Translations under genes and position numbers: made by a program | Notes under the pieces: generated by a model | Databases searched by the model: none | What the model saw: only the letters and a program-made list of their open reading frames with translations | What the model was told of the DNA's origin: nothing | NCBI GenBank assembly: GCA_029881255.1 | Contig: JAOUMY010000006.1 | Location: 136,013-168,012 of the forward strand | DNA from: Gammaproteobacteria bacterium | GTDB taxonomy: Bacteria > Pseudomonadota > Gammaproteobacteria > S012-40 | Direction: 5' to 3' | DNA length: 32,000 bases | Shown here: positions 1 through 7,880 of the stretch, piece by piece | Position numbering within the stretch: the first letter of the stretch is position 1 | How the letters are laid out: every line of letters begins with the position of its first letter

Positions 1-165
1 ATAGTAGTGTCGATTTATTTTTCCCTCCTTAAAAATTTCTCCCACCGCTGTAGTTAACTGAAAAAATGAACATTTTCTGAGGATTGGCTTAACCTGTCGG
101 AGCTGACAACCGATAAGACATGCTAGACTTTTCCACTCCAATCCGTGGCCAATAAAGGAAAAATC

Positions 166-1464
166 TTGTCAGATAAACGAGTTGCACTCCCTACACGCGA
201 AGTCCTTGGCTGGGCGATGTATGACTTTGCCAATTCAGGCTATGCGACCGTTGTTCTCACCGCGGTATACAGTACCTATTTTGTGGGTGTGATTGCAGCA
301 GACCTGGGAAATGGTGATGCCACTTTCTTGTGGACGATGAATATTGCCCTGGCCAATCTGCTGGTTTTAATCACCGCCCCATTAATAGGGGCCATAGCCG
401 ATCACAGCGCCTGTAAGAAGAGATTTCTTCTGATAACAACTAGCGGCTGCGTAATATTTACTGCCAGCCTCGCGCTCACCGGGGCGAATGACGTCATGAT
501 CGCGTCCATCCTCGTTGTTGCCGCTACGATCATGTTTCACAGCGGTGAAAACCTCATTGCTGCGTTTCTACCCGATATCAGTACGCCCGAAAATATGGGA
601 AGAACCTCAGCCTTTGGCTGGACGGTAGGCTATCTCGGGGGACTACTGATACTCGGTATCTGTCTGGCTTACGTAACCCATGCACAGGCCCAGCAGGCCT
701 CAGCAGAATCCTATGTCCCGGTGACTATGTTAATAGTGGCAATCGCATTTGCCCTGGCAAGCATTCCCACCTTTCTATGGCTGAAAGAAACAAAGCAGGT
801 CCAAAACCACGCCGCCGGTCACGCCATACGCAGTGGTTTCCAAAGGCTATGGGTAACCTTTCAACATGCCCGCCACTATCGGGATCTATTTCGATTTCTG
901 GCCACCGTGTTTATCTACCACTGCGGCATACAAACCGTGGTTGTGCTCGCCGCTGTATACGCCCAGGAAGTCATGAAATTTTCCACTGCGGACAACATGG
1001 TGTTGATATTGGTCGTGAATGTCACTGCCGCCGCGGGTGCATTTCTTTTTGGACGAGTACAGGACGCTATTGGATCTCGTCCAACACTAATCTTCACCTT
1101 ATTGATTTGGATTGCCGCGCTGGTACTGGCGTTTTTTACTGAAAGTCGAGCCACGTTTTGGCTGGTTGGGAATCTCGTAGGATTAGCCCTGGGCGCTAGC
1201 CAAAGCGCTGGACGTGCCCTTGTTGGCATATTCTCTCCTCCCTCACGTAGCGGTGAATTTTTTGGGTTGTGGGGCCTGGCCACAAAATTGTCTGCCGTAG
1301 TTGGGCCGCTTGTATATGGACTGATCGCCAGTCTTAGCCACGGCAATCACCGCTATGCGTTACTTTCCACCGCAATATTTTTCATTGTGGGTATTGTTAC
1401 GCTACTCAGCGTAGACGAGACACGCGGTAAGATCGCCGCCCGAAGCAGTGATCTCGCGCAATAA
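166..1464 (+). CDS. MFS transporter, UMF1/Atg22-like permease family
   Basis: ORF 145..1464, with many hydrophobic TM segments and motifs typical of UMF1-like permeases (GWAMYDFANSGYATVVLTAVYSTYF; GRTSAFGWTVGYLGGL; GRALVGIFSPPSRSGEFFGLWGLATKLSAVVGPLVYG). The track start is GTG 145. A TTG at 166 preceded by AAAGGAAAAA is a plausible alternative start. Confidence 0.9.
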   Translation: MSDKRVALPTREVLGWAMYDFANSGYATVVLTAVYSTYFVGVIAADLGNGDATFLWTMNIALANLLVLITAPLIGAIADHSACKKRFLLITTSGCVIFTASLALTGANDVMIASILVVAATIMFHSGENLIAAFLPDISTPENMGRTSAFGWTVGYLGGLLILGICLAYVTHAQAQQASAESYVPVTMLIVAIAFALASIPTFLWLKETKQVQNHAAGHAIRSGFQRLWVTFQHARHYRDLFRFLATVFIYHCGIQTVVVLAAVYAQEVMKFSTADNMVLILVVNVTAAAGAFLFGRVQDAIGSRPTLIFTLLIWIAALVLAFFTESRATFWLVGNLVGLALGASQSAGRALVGIFSPPSRSGEFFGLWGLATKLSAVVGPLVYGLIASLSHGNHRYALLSTAIFFIVGIVTLLSVDETRGKIAARSSDLAQ

Positions 1465-1527
1465 CATGCCTTGAGGCACTGATTGAGATACAATCCAAAA
1501 AATTCAGGTTTGGAACATCGGTCAACT

Positions 1528-2007
1528 ATGTTTAAAGCAGAAAAATCCCCCATGCAGGCCGCAATTGGAGACGCGCTGAAACACCTTAGTGATGAAGGGG
1601 GCGGTCCCTTCGGTGCATGTATTGTCAAAGATGGAAACATTCTTGCCGTCGCGCACAACACCGTACTGGCTGACAATGACCCAACGTGTCACGCGGAGGT
1701 GAACGCGATACGTATGGCAGCAAAAAAACTGGGCGATTATGATTTGAGTGGATGTGCCATTTATTCCACCACTGAACCCTGCCCCATGTGTTTCAGCGCA
1801 ATCCACTGGGCACGTATCGATACTATTGTTTATGGCACTACCATTCAGGATGTGCAAAATCTTGGCTTTAACGAGTTATCCGTATCCAATCATGAAATGA
1901 AAACACGTGGTGGCAGTAGCGTGGAAATTCATGCGGATTTTATGCGTGATGAATGTCTGGAACTACTCCAGCAGTGGTCGCAGAATACCCGTGGTCAGAC
2001 GTATTAA
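1528..2007 (+). CDS. Nucleoside/guanine deaminase family protein (CMP/dCMP-type zinc deaminase fold)
   Basis: Zinc-deaminase signature CHAEVNAI ... TEPCPMCFSAIHWARIDTIVYG and N-terminal GGGPFGACIVKDG, as in guanine deaminase (GuaD). The likely start is ATG 1528 (MFKAEKSPMQAA) inside ORF 1483..2007. Confidence 0.82.
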   Translation: MFKAEKSPMQAAIGDALKHLSDEGGGPFGACIVKDGNILAVAHNTVLADNDPTCHAEVNAIRMAAKKLGDYDLSGCAIYSTTEPCPMCFSAIHWARIDTIVYGTTIQDVQNLGFNELSVSNHEMKTRGGSSVEIHADFMRDECLELLQQWSQNTRGQTY

Positions 2008-2606
2008 TGCCTATTGATACACCTTTGCCGGTGTCGGCGATCATACTCGCAGGAGGTAAAGCAAGACGCCTGGGAAATTGCCAAAAGGCTTTGTTGAAAC
2101 TTAACGGAAAACCGCTGCTGCAATATGTCATCGATAGACTGCAACCCCAGGTTCAACAAATTGTGATCAGCGCAAATGTTGAACTCGATCAGTATCGGGC
2201 CTTTGGATTAGCTGTTTACCCTGACAAACTTGGGGAAGACCAAGGGCCGCTTTCCGGCATCGCAAGTTGTATTGAGCATTTGCAACATGACACAGTCGTT
2301 GTTGTTCCCTGTGATACGCCATTTCTGCCCATTGATCTCGTTTCACGTATGTCATCCCAAAACCATTCTGGTTTCTGTATCGCGTTTGACGGTCGGCGCG
2401 AACAAGTGTTGACCATGTTGTTCAGGCGCAAGCTCGCCACGAAACTCGGTGAAAGCGTAGTCGCCGGACAGCGTAAAGTGATGGAATGGGTACATAGGCA
2501 ACAACCCACGCTGGTGGACTTCAGTGACAAACCTGATGCATTTTTCAATATCAATACCCCTGAAGATTTAGCGACCGCACGGCAGGAGTTGTCTCGTGTT
2601 GAGTAA
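2007..2606 (+). CDS. mobA: Molybdenum cofactor guanylyltransferase MobA
   Basis: Nucleotidyltransferase signature SAIILAGGKARRLGNCQKALLKLNGKPLLQYV; PCDTPFLP; C-terminal FFNINTPEDL. ATG 2007 overlaps the TAA of the upstream gene (TAATG). Confidence 0.9.
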   Translation: MPIDTPLPVSAIILAGGKARRLGNCQKALLKLNGKPLLQYVIDRLQPQVQQIVISANVELDQYRAFGLAVYPDKLGEDQGPLSGIASCIEHLQHDTVVVVPCDTPFLPIDLVSRMSSQNHSGFCIAFDGRREQVLTMLFRRKLATKLGESVVAGQRKVMEWVHRQQPTLVDFSDKPDAFFNINTPEDLATARQELSRVE

Positions 2607-3135
2607 CGCAAAAATTCCTATCTGCGGTTTTGTCGCATTTAGTGGAACTGGCAAAACGACATTACTCGAAAAAATTATTCCCCAACTCGGACAACAAGGT
2701 GTGCGTATTGGCGTAATCAAACATGCCCACCATCAGTTCGATATCGATAAAGAGGGCAAGGACAGTTATCGTCTGCGTCAGGCAGGGGCCAAAGAAACCC
2801 TGGTGGCGTCTTCAAACCGTTGGGCGTTGGTACACGAACATTTCCATAATCAAAGCGATCCCGATCTTGATCAATTGTTATTACACCTTTCACAGGACGA
2901 ACTTGATCTAATTCTTGTAGAGGGTTTTAAACACGTTCCATTCCCCCGAATCGAACTGCATCGCCCTTCCCTGGGAAAACCACTCTTATTTCCCGAAGAC
3001 GACACGATAATTGCGGTGGCCAGTGACGACACCATCGCCATTGAGACCCCGTTACCCATACTCGATTTGAACAATCCGGAAATAATTGCCGAATTTGTTT
3101 GCAACCAATTCTTAAAATTGAAGGAGAGCCCGTAA
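2596..3135 (+). CDS. mobB: Molybdopterin-guanine dinucleotide biosynthesis adapter protein MobB
   Basis: P-loop GFVAFSGTGKTTLLEKIIPQL, IGVIKHAHHQFDIDKEGKDSYRLRQAGA and LILVEGFKHVPFPRIELHR, typical of MobB. Overlaps the end of mobA. Confidence 0.92.
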   Translation: MLSNAKIPICGFVAFSGTGKTTLLEKIIPQLGQQGVRIGVIKHAHHQFDIDKEGKDSYRLRQAGAKETLVASSNRWALVHEHFHNQSDPDLDQLLLHLSQDELDLILVEGFKHVPFPRIELHRPSLGKPLLFPEDDTIIAVASDDTIAIETPLPILDLNNPEIIAEFVCNQFLKLKESP

Positions 3136-4388
3136 TGGACAAACAACCTTCTTGCGCGGATGAGTATGACCCAAGCTCATTGGATGCCGACCTGGCCTTG
3201 CAACGCATACTTGATCGTATTCGTCCATTGGAGGGCCATGTCAGATTGTTTTTGCGTGAATCACTTGGGCGTGTACTCGATCAAGATGTGCTTTCCCCAA
3301 TCAACGTGCCCGCCTATACCAACTCGGCCATGGACGGATACGCGATACGCTCGCAAGATCTGCAAGGCAACGACGGCACATCGCTAAAAGTTGTTGGCAA
3401 GGCCTTCGCCGGTCACCCTTTTGAAGGAGCGATCGGCTCCGGTGAATGTATTCGTATCATGACTGGGGCACCTGTGCCCAGTGGCGCTGATTCAGTCGTC
3501 ATGCAAGAGCATGCGCAGGTCAATGGAGATTTCATCAATGTGAGCGACGTGCTTCGTGCAGGGGAGAACGTTCGACATGCAGGTGAAGACCTTTCGATGG
3601 GACAACCTGCCTTGCTCAGCGGTACGCTACTACGCCCCGCCGACATCGGTTTGCTTGCATCACTGGGGATCGCTGAGGTACGGGTAAAACGCAAAGTACG
3701 TGTCGCCTTTTTTTCGACCGGTGATGAACTCAAGTCGATTGGTGAGCCGCTGGACAAGGGACAAATTTACGATAGCAATCGTTATACGTTATTCGGCATG
3801 CTCTATCGGCTCGGCGTCGAGATGATCGATATGGGAATCATTCCTGATAACAAAGCAGAGATTCGTAGCGCCTATGAGATCGCATCGAAAAATGCCGATG
3901 CGGTAATCACCAGCGGGGGCGTATCTGTTGGTGAAGCGGACTTCGTCAAAATGCTACTCGAGGAAATGGGGGATGTTCATTTCTGGAAAATTGCGATGAA
4001 ACCAGGCAAACCACTCACCTTTGGTCAATTACAAGGTAGTTATTTTTTTGGTCTACCCGGTAATCCAGTCTCCGCTATGGTCACTTTCTATCAATTTGTT
4101 AAACCCGGTCTACTAAAGCTAATGGGGATACCTCCTAGCCCACCGCTAACTATCAAAGTACGCAGCTCTGAAAATCTGAAGAAAAGACCTGGTCGAAAGG
4201 ATTATCAACGAGGCATTTTGTTTCAAACTGCCCAGGGAGAGTGGCAGGTGAAAAGTACGGGAAATCAGGGTTCACATATACTCAACTCTATGAGCCTGGC
4301 GAATTGCTTTATCGTATTACCATTGGAATCAGGTGGTATCAAAGCGGGGGAATGGGTCGATATACAACCTTTTGAAGGTTTGGTCTGA
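3135..4388 (+). CDS. moeA: Molybdopterin molybdenumtransferase MoeA
   Basis: NVPAYTNSAMDGYAIRSQDL, RIMTGAPVPSGADSVVMQE, SGGVSVGEADFVKMLLEEMG, MKPGKPLTFG, FGLPGNPVSAMVTFYQFV. ATG 3135 is preceded by AAGGAGAG. Confidence 0.95.
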   Translation: MDKQPSCADEYDPSSLDADLALQRILDRIRPLEGHVRLFLRESLGRVLDQDVLSPINVPAYTNSAMDGYAIRSQDLQGNDGTSLKVVGKAFAGHPFEGAIGSGECIRIMTGAPVPSGADSVVMQEHAQVNGDFINVSDVLRAGENVRHAGEDLSMGQPALLSGTLLRPADIGLLASLGIAEVRVKRKVRVAFFSTGDELKSIGEPLDKGQIYDSNRYTLFGMLYRLGVEMIDMGIIPDNKAEIRSAYEIASKNADAVITSGGVSVGEADFVKMLLEEMGDVHFWKIAMKPGKPLTFGQLQGSYFFGLPGNPVSAMVTFYQFVKPGLLKLMGIPPSPPLTIKVRSSENLKKRPGRKDYQRGILFQTAQGEWQVKSTGNQGSHILNSMSLANCFIVLPLESGGIKAGEWVDIQPFEGLV

Positions 4389-4406
4389 CTTTTTTCGCGT
4401 ATAAAT

Positions 4407-4433
4407 AAAAAGGCCGCTGATAGCGGCCTTTTT
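4407..4433. terminator. Bidirectional rho-independent terminator between convergent moeA and the H1-like gene
   Basis: Perfect 11-bp stem AAAAAGGCCGC (4407-4417), loop TGATA, GCGGCCTTTTT (4423-4433). There is a T tract on both strands and the site lies between convergent stops. Confidence 0.88.
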
Positions 4434-4452
4434 ATATCCAAAAAAATCTGGA

Positions 4453-4941
4453 TTATGCTGCAGCAGCAATAGACGAAACGGTCGCCTTAGAAGCTTTACG
4501 ACGACGCGTAGTCTTCTTACGCTTGGACGCAGATTTCTTTTCCTTCTTCGCCCATGCAGCTTCCCATTTCTTCTCAAAAGCAGCCATAGCCTTCTTCTTG
4601 GCCGCTACTTTTGCTGCTTTGGCCTTCTTGGCCTTCATCAGTTCCTTACGCTTGGCAGCTGCCTCACGACGCTTGGCCGCAGCAGCACGCTTCTTAGCTA
4701 AAGCCGCCTTCTTCTTGACAGCAGCAGCTTTCTTCTTAGCAGAAGCCGCTTTCTTCTTAGCAGAAGCCGCAGCCTTCTTCTTTACAGAAGCTGCCTTCTT
4801 CTTTGCAGAAGCTGCTTTCTTAGAAGCTACCTTCTTAGAAGCCACCTTTTTAGAAGCTACCTTCTTCTTAGAAGCTACCTTCTTACGTGAAACCGCTTTT
4901 TTGGAAGCGGCCTTTTTCTTACCAGCTCTCTTCTTTGCCAT
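4453..4941 (-). CDS. Histone H1-like / Lys-Ala repeat nucleoid-associated protein
   Basis: Protein is almost entirely KKAASKK / KKVASKK / AKKKAA repeats (MAKKRAGKKKAASKKAVSRKK...), like eukaryotic H1 tails and bacterial AlgP/Hc-type proteins. An AGGAG sequence lies upstream of ATG 4941. Confidence 0.88.
   Translation of the reverse strand: MAKKRAGKKKAASKKAVSRKKVASKKKVASKKVASKKVASKKAASAKKKAASVKKKAAASAKKKAASAKKKAAAVKKKAALAKKRAAAAKRREAAAKRKELMKAKKAKAAKVAAKKKAMAAFEKKWEAAWAKKEKKSASKRKKTTRRRKASKATVSSIAAAA
4600..4910. repeat. Imperfect tandem repeats encoding KKxASxKK units
   Basis: Repeated plus-strand unit 'ttcttagaagc(c/t)(a/g)c(c/t)tt' and 'ttcttcttagcagaagccgc' within the H1-like gene. Boundaries are approximate. 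Confidence 0.75.
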
Positions 4942-5077
4942 ATCTACTTACTCCTTTTAGGGTCCCCAACGGTTGACATATAATCACAAAAAAAAGTTTA
5001 AGATGCAAACATCTTGAGTTAATTTTCGTCATAACTGCTAAATAGTTTAGTATTTTTTCTAGAATTTGCAGTTTTTT

Positions 5078-5113
5078 TTCAAAAAAAATGATTTTTTTTT
5101 CACTTTTTTTGAA
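5078..5113. repeat. A/T-tract inverted repeat upstream of the H1-like gene
   Basis: TTCAAAAAAAATGA (5078-5091) - T8 - TCACTTTTTTTGAA (5100-5113). The arms are complementary at 13/14 positions. Immediately preceded by GTTTTTTTTC, which can alternatively pair with the A8 tract. Confidence 0.7.
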
Positions 5114-5198
5114 AAACATGTCCTCCCACATCAAATTTTTCTCCATCAAGCCATCTCGCGTACAAAAAATCTTTCCCCTTTTGCCTGCTCAAACTCAC

Positions 5199-5220
5199 CG
5201 ACACAAACTTTTTTGTGTCG
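5199..5220. repeat. Perfect short hairpin in the H1-like/protease intergenic region
   Basis: CGACACAAA (5199-5207) CTTT TTTGTGTCG (5212-5220): 9-bp perfect stem with a 4-nt loop. Confidence 0.6.
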
Positions 5221-5377
5221 CACTTTGCCCAAAGGAGAAGTCACTCTCAAACTTTTTTTAGTCTCGAGCTCGGCACTGTTGAAAGGATGCACAGAATACG
5301 AATTTGTTTACATTCTGGAAACACAATATGAGTTTTGAAGAGCTGTTTTTGGCTTTCGAAGTAACAATTCGATCACG

Positions 5378-7822
5378 CTATGCGCGTATACGGGCTTTTC
5401 TTAAGAATTGAACAGCTGGAAACAGCACAAGAAGGATCAAAAACGGGTCAATATTCTCGCCATTGCCCACGCTGCATCCACCAACCCCTGATCGCGACGT
5501 AGTGCGATCATACACAGAGATGGTCATTTCACCATAAAGCGCAACTGGCGACTCTGACGATGTACCTGAGAATCGAATTTTATGGTCCCCAGGTGGACCT
5601 GCATTACTCCAAGTTAAACGACGTGTCTCACTATCGAATGTAACACCTGGGGGGGCATATATCATCGACAGACTTCGAACACCCTGTCCATTAATCTGTC
5701 CCTGTATATTCGTCTCGACCACTCCACCGACTGTCACGTTGTAGTTAGGCGGTGTAATCCCAAGACCCGAAGCCATTTGATTATCGTCTTTAACGAAGAC
5801 CACCATCGTATCTTCCGCATAAGCACATGCGTTGTCGGATGCATGTAGCGTCAGTTCAAACAGCCCCGCAACTGGAAACTGGGCGGTTGAATTTACACTC
5901 CTGCTATCGGTGATAGTGACATCACTGAGCGTATTTGCATCCCACCAAAGAAGGCGAATGTCTCCATCTGGATCGTCTGCAAGGCCTTTAAGCGAAATCG
6001 TACTGCCTGCTTTTATCTCCATATCTGCTCCCGCGTTTACATTTGGCGCAGAATTGGGTTCATTTGCAGATAAGTGACAAACTCTCAGATCAAATTCGAT
6101 TGGCGTTTGGGCAACTTCGGCGCTTGGCTGCATATCAAATACGGCGATATGGAAATTCTCCGGCGTTGAAACGGGAAACCCCACGCGCTCCACCCCTGCA
6201 CCAGACGCTTTCACACGATCAGCCCCTCTAACGGTAAAATTTCCGTCGTTAACCGCATTATATTTCACGCTCGGTCGGTCATTTTTCGAGATTGCGAGGC
6301 CAATTTTTCCTTTTTGAGGCGGATAGGCAAGCTCAAATACGATACTGTCTGAATCAGTTCCCGAATTAGCTTGAAAATACTTCATCTCATCCTGCGGATT
6401 TTGTCTGAGTTGTGAGGAAATAAAGACACGCTCATTGAGTATGCCGGACTGCAAAGGAAGCCCTCGACGATAGTCAACGACCCCTCCCGCATACAATGCC
6501 GTCATATCCACATTAAGAGTAGTGGCCCGATGTCCACTAAAGATTGTTGCCTCGGCGGGAATCTCAACAGATGCACTTACGCCTTTATCAATTCGTGAAA
6601 TGAATCCGCTGGAGTTCACCGGCTTCAGAATTTCACCTTTGGAGGCAATATCTACCTCGATATTTGTAGCGCTTTCTCCGATATTTTCTATCAATAGCTC
6701 AATCACCCCGGTCTCTCCCGAGTCTGGAACACCGTTAACGCGCAGACTTTCCTGTTTCCATCTCCACGATTTGATCACCAACACAGGTTTGCGCTGATTG
6801 ATTGCCTGCATCGCCGTATACGCATGTAGATTTCCACCGCTCGCCAGGCGAGGGAAACTATCAGATACAGGACTGACGGTTGACATGATCAACGCACGCA
6901 TATCGACAGGCTGTAAATCCTCCACACCATCCAGCAAATCTACTGACTTTATTAGCGCGGCAACGCCACTGGTTACAGCTGTGGCTGCAGAGGTTCCCGA
7001 GATTGCGGAGTAGCTATCATTGTCGAGATCAATTGCAAAAATGTCTTCGCCAGGAGCCCCTATATCGACATGCGTGGCGCCATACTGCGACCAGGAAGTT
7101 AAACGCCCGCGTTGATCAACTGCTGCCACACTCAACATGTTCTGCATATCCAAATCTGCAGGGTACATGGGGAGAATGTCGTTACTGCTGTGAAAATTTC
7201 CGGCGGCTGCAATAAAGAGTGCATTGGCGTTGGCAAGCTGAGAAAGGTAACTCGCATCATGTAAGGGAAATGTGGCACCGCCATAACTCATATTGATGAT
7301 ATCCGCGCCATGACTCAGTGCATAATTGATTGCCTGTGCCTCAAGACTCGACGAATAAGAACAACCAATTCGCAAGGGCATAATTTTTACGTTCCAGGCG
7401 ATACCGCTCATGCCTTTGTTATTGTTGCCCACAGCACCAATTATTCCTGCCATCGCAGTACCGTGTGATGCCGGTGGGTTGCATCTATCTGCGGAGTCGG
7501 GTGAAGGATTGCTGTCTCCGTCTACAAAATCGAATCCTTCGACCAGATTACCCACCAGATCAGAATGGAAAATATCAATCGCGTCATCGATGACGGCGAC
7601 GATAATGGTTTCATCACCTGTAGAAACGTCCCAGGCCGCTTCCAATCCAATTTGAGACAATACGTCACGTTGATGGGTATATAGCGGGTCTCGAGGAATG
7701 AGCTGCGCCTGCGTGGAAAAAAGAGGATATTGTGGCTCAGACTGATGTAGTTGCGTAGAGGCTACGCTTGCGCACACGCAAATCAACGATGTGATTAACA
7801 GTTTCCGTCGCATGTCTCGCAT
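5378..7822 (-). CDS. Secreted S8 (subtilisin-like) serine protease with PKD-like domain and C-terminal Cys-containing CTERM-like sorting signal
   Basis: Catalytic regions VIDDAID (Asp), HGTAMAGIIGAVGNN (His), AAAGNFHSS (oxyanion Asn) and GTSAATAVTSGVAALI (Ser). PKD-like NAGADMEIKAGSTISLKGLADDPDGDI...; C-terminus SGVGGCSVGNGENIDPFLILLVLFPAVQFLRKARIRA (GGC + TM + basic tail); N-terminal signal-like region. Confidence 0.9.
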   Translation of the reverse strand: MRDMRRKLLITSLICVCASVASTQLHQSEPQYPLFSTQAQLIPRDPLYTHQRDVLSQIGLEAAWDVSTGDETIIVAVIDDAIDIFHSDLVGNLVEGFDFVDGDSNPSPDSADRCNPPASHGTAMAGIIGAVGNNNKGMSGIAWNVKIMPLRIGCSYSSSLEAQAINYALSHGADIINMSYGGATFPLHDASYLSQLANANALFIAAAGNFHSSNDILPMYPADLDMQNMLSVAAVDQRGRLTSWSQYGATHVDIGAPGEDIFAIDLDNDSYSAISGTSAATAVTSGVAALIKSVDLLDGVEDLQPVDMRALIMSTVSPVSDSFPRLASGGNLHAYTAMQAINQRKPVLVIKSWRWKQESLRVNGVPDSGETGVIELLIENIGESATNIEVDIASKGEILKPVNSSGFISRIDKGVSASVEIPAEATIFSGHRATTLNVDMTALYAGGVVDYRRGLPLQSGILNERVFISSQLRQNPQDEMKYFQANSGTDSDSIVFELAYPPQKGKIGLAISKNDRPSVKYNAVNDGNFTVRGADRVKASGAGVERVGFPVSTPENFHIAVFDMQPSAEVAQTPIEFDLRVCHLSANEPNSAPNVNAGADMEIKAGSTISLKGLADDPDGDIRLLWWDANTLSDVTITDSRSVNSTAQFPVAGLFELTLHASDNACAYAEDTMVVFVKDDNQMASGLGITPPNYNVTVGGVVETNIQGQINGQGVRSLSMIYAPPGVTFDSETRRLTWSNAGPPGDHKIRFSGTSSESPVALYGEMTISVYDRTTSRSGVGGCSVGNGENIDPFLILLVLFPAVQFLRKARIRA

Positions 7823-7880
7823 AATCTGACCAAGAATTTTCAGACGCAGTTTACTTGTTTGCGCCTGATCCAGGCCTTAA

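Noticed and set aside
777-1142. 121-aa plus-strand ORF inside the MFS transporter gene
   Set aside because: Out-of-frame overlap with a confident coding sequence; no independent support.
4523-4960. 145-aa plus-strand ORF (Phe/Ala-rich) opposite the H1-like gene
   Set aside because: It is the antisense shadow of the Lys/Ala repeat codons. Its composition is explained entirely by the opposite strand.
5000-5015. AAGATG/CATCTT mini-hairpin followed by a T8 run on the minus strand, considered as a 5' UTR attenuator of the H1-like gene
   Set aside because: The stem is 6 bp and AT-rich, and the T run starts 4 nt after it. This is insufficient without transcript data.
5066-5338. 90-aa plus-strand ORF MQFFFKKNDFFFTFF...
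   Set aside because: Its N-terminus is generated by homopolymer tracts and the remainder has no protein-like pattern or ribosome-binding site.
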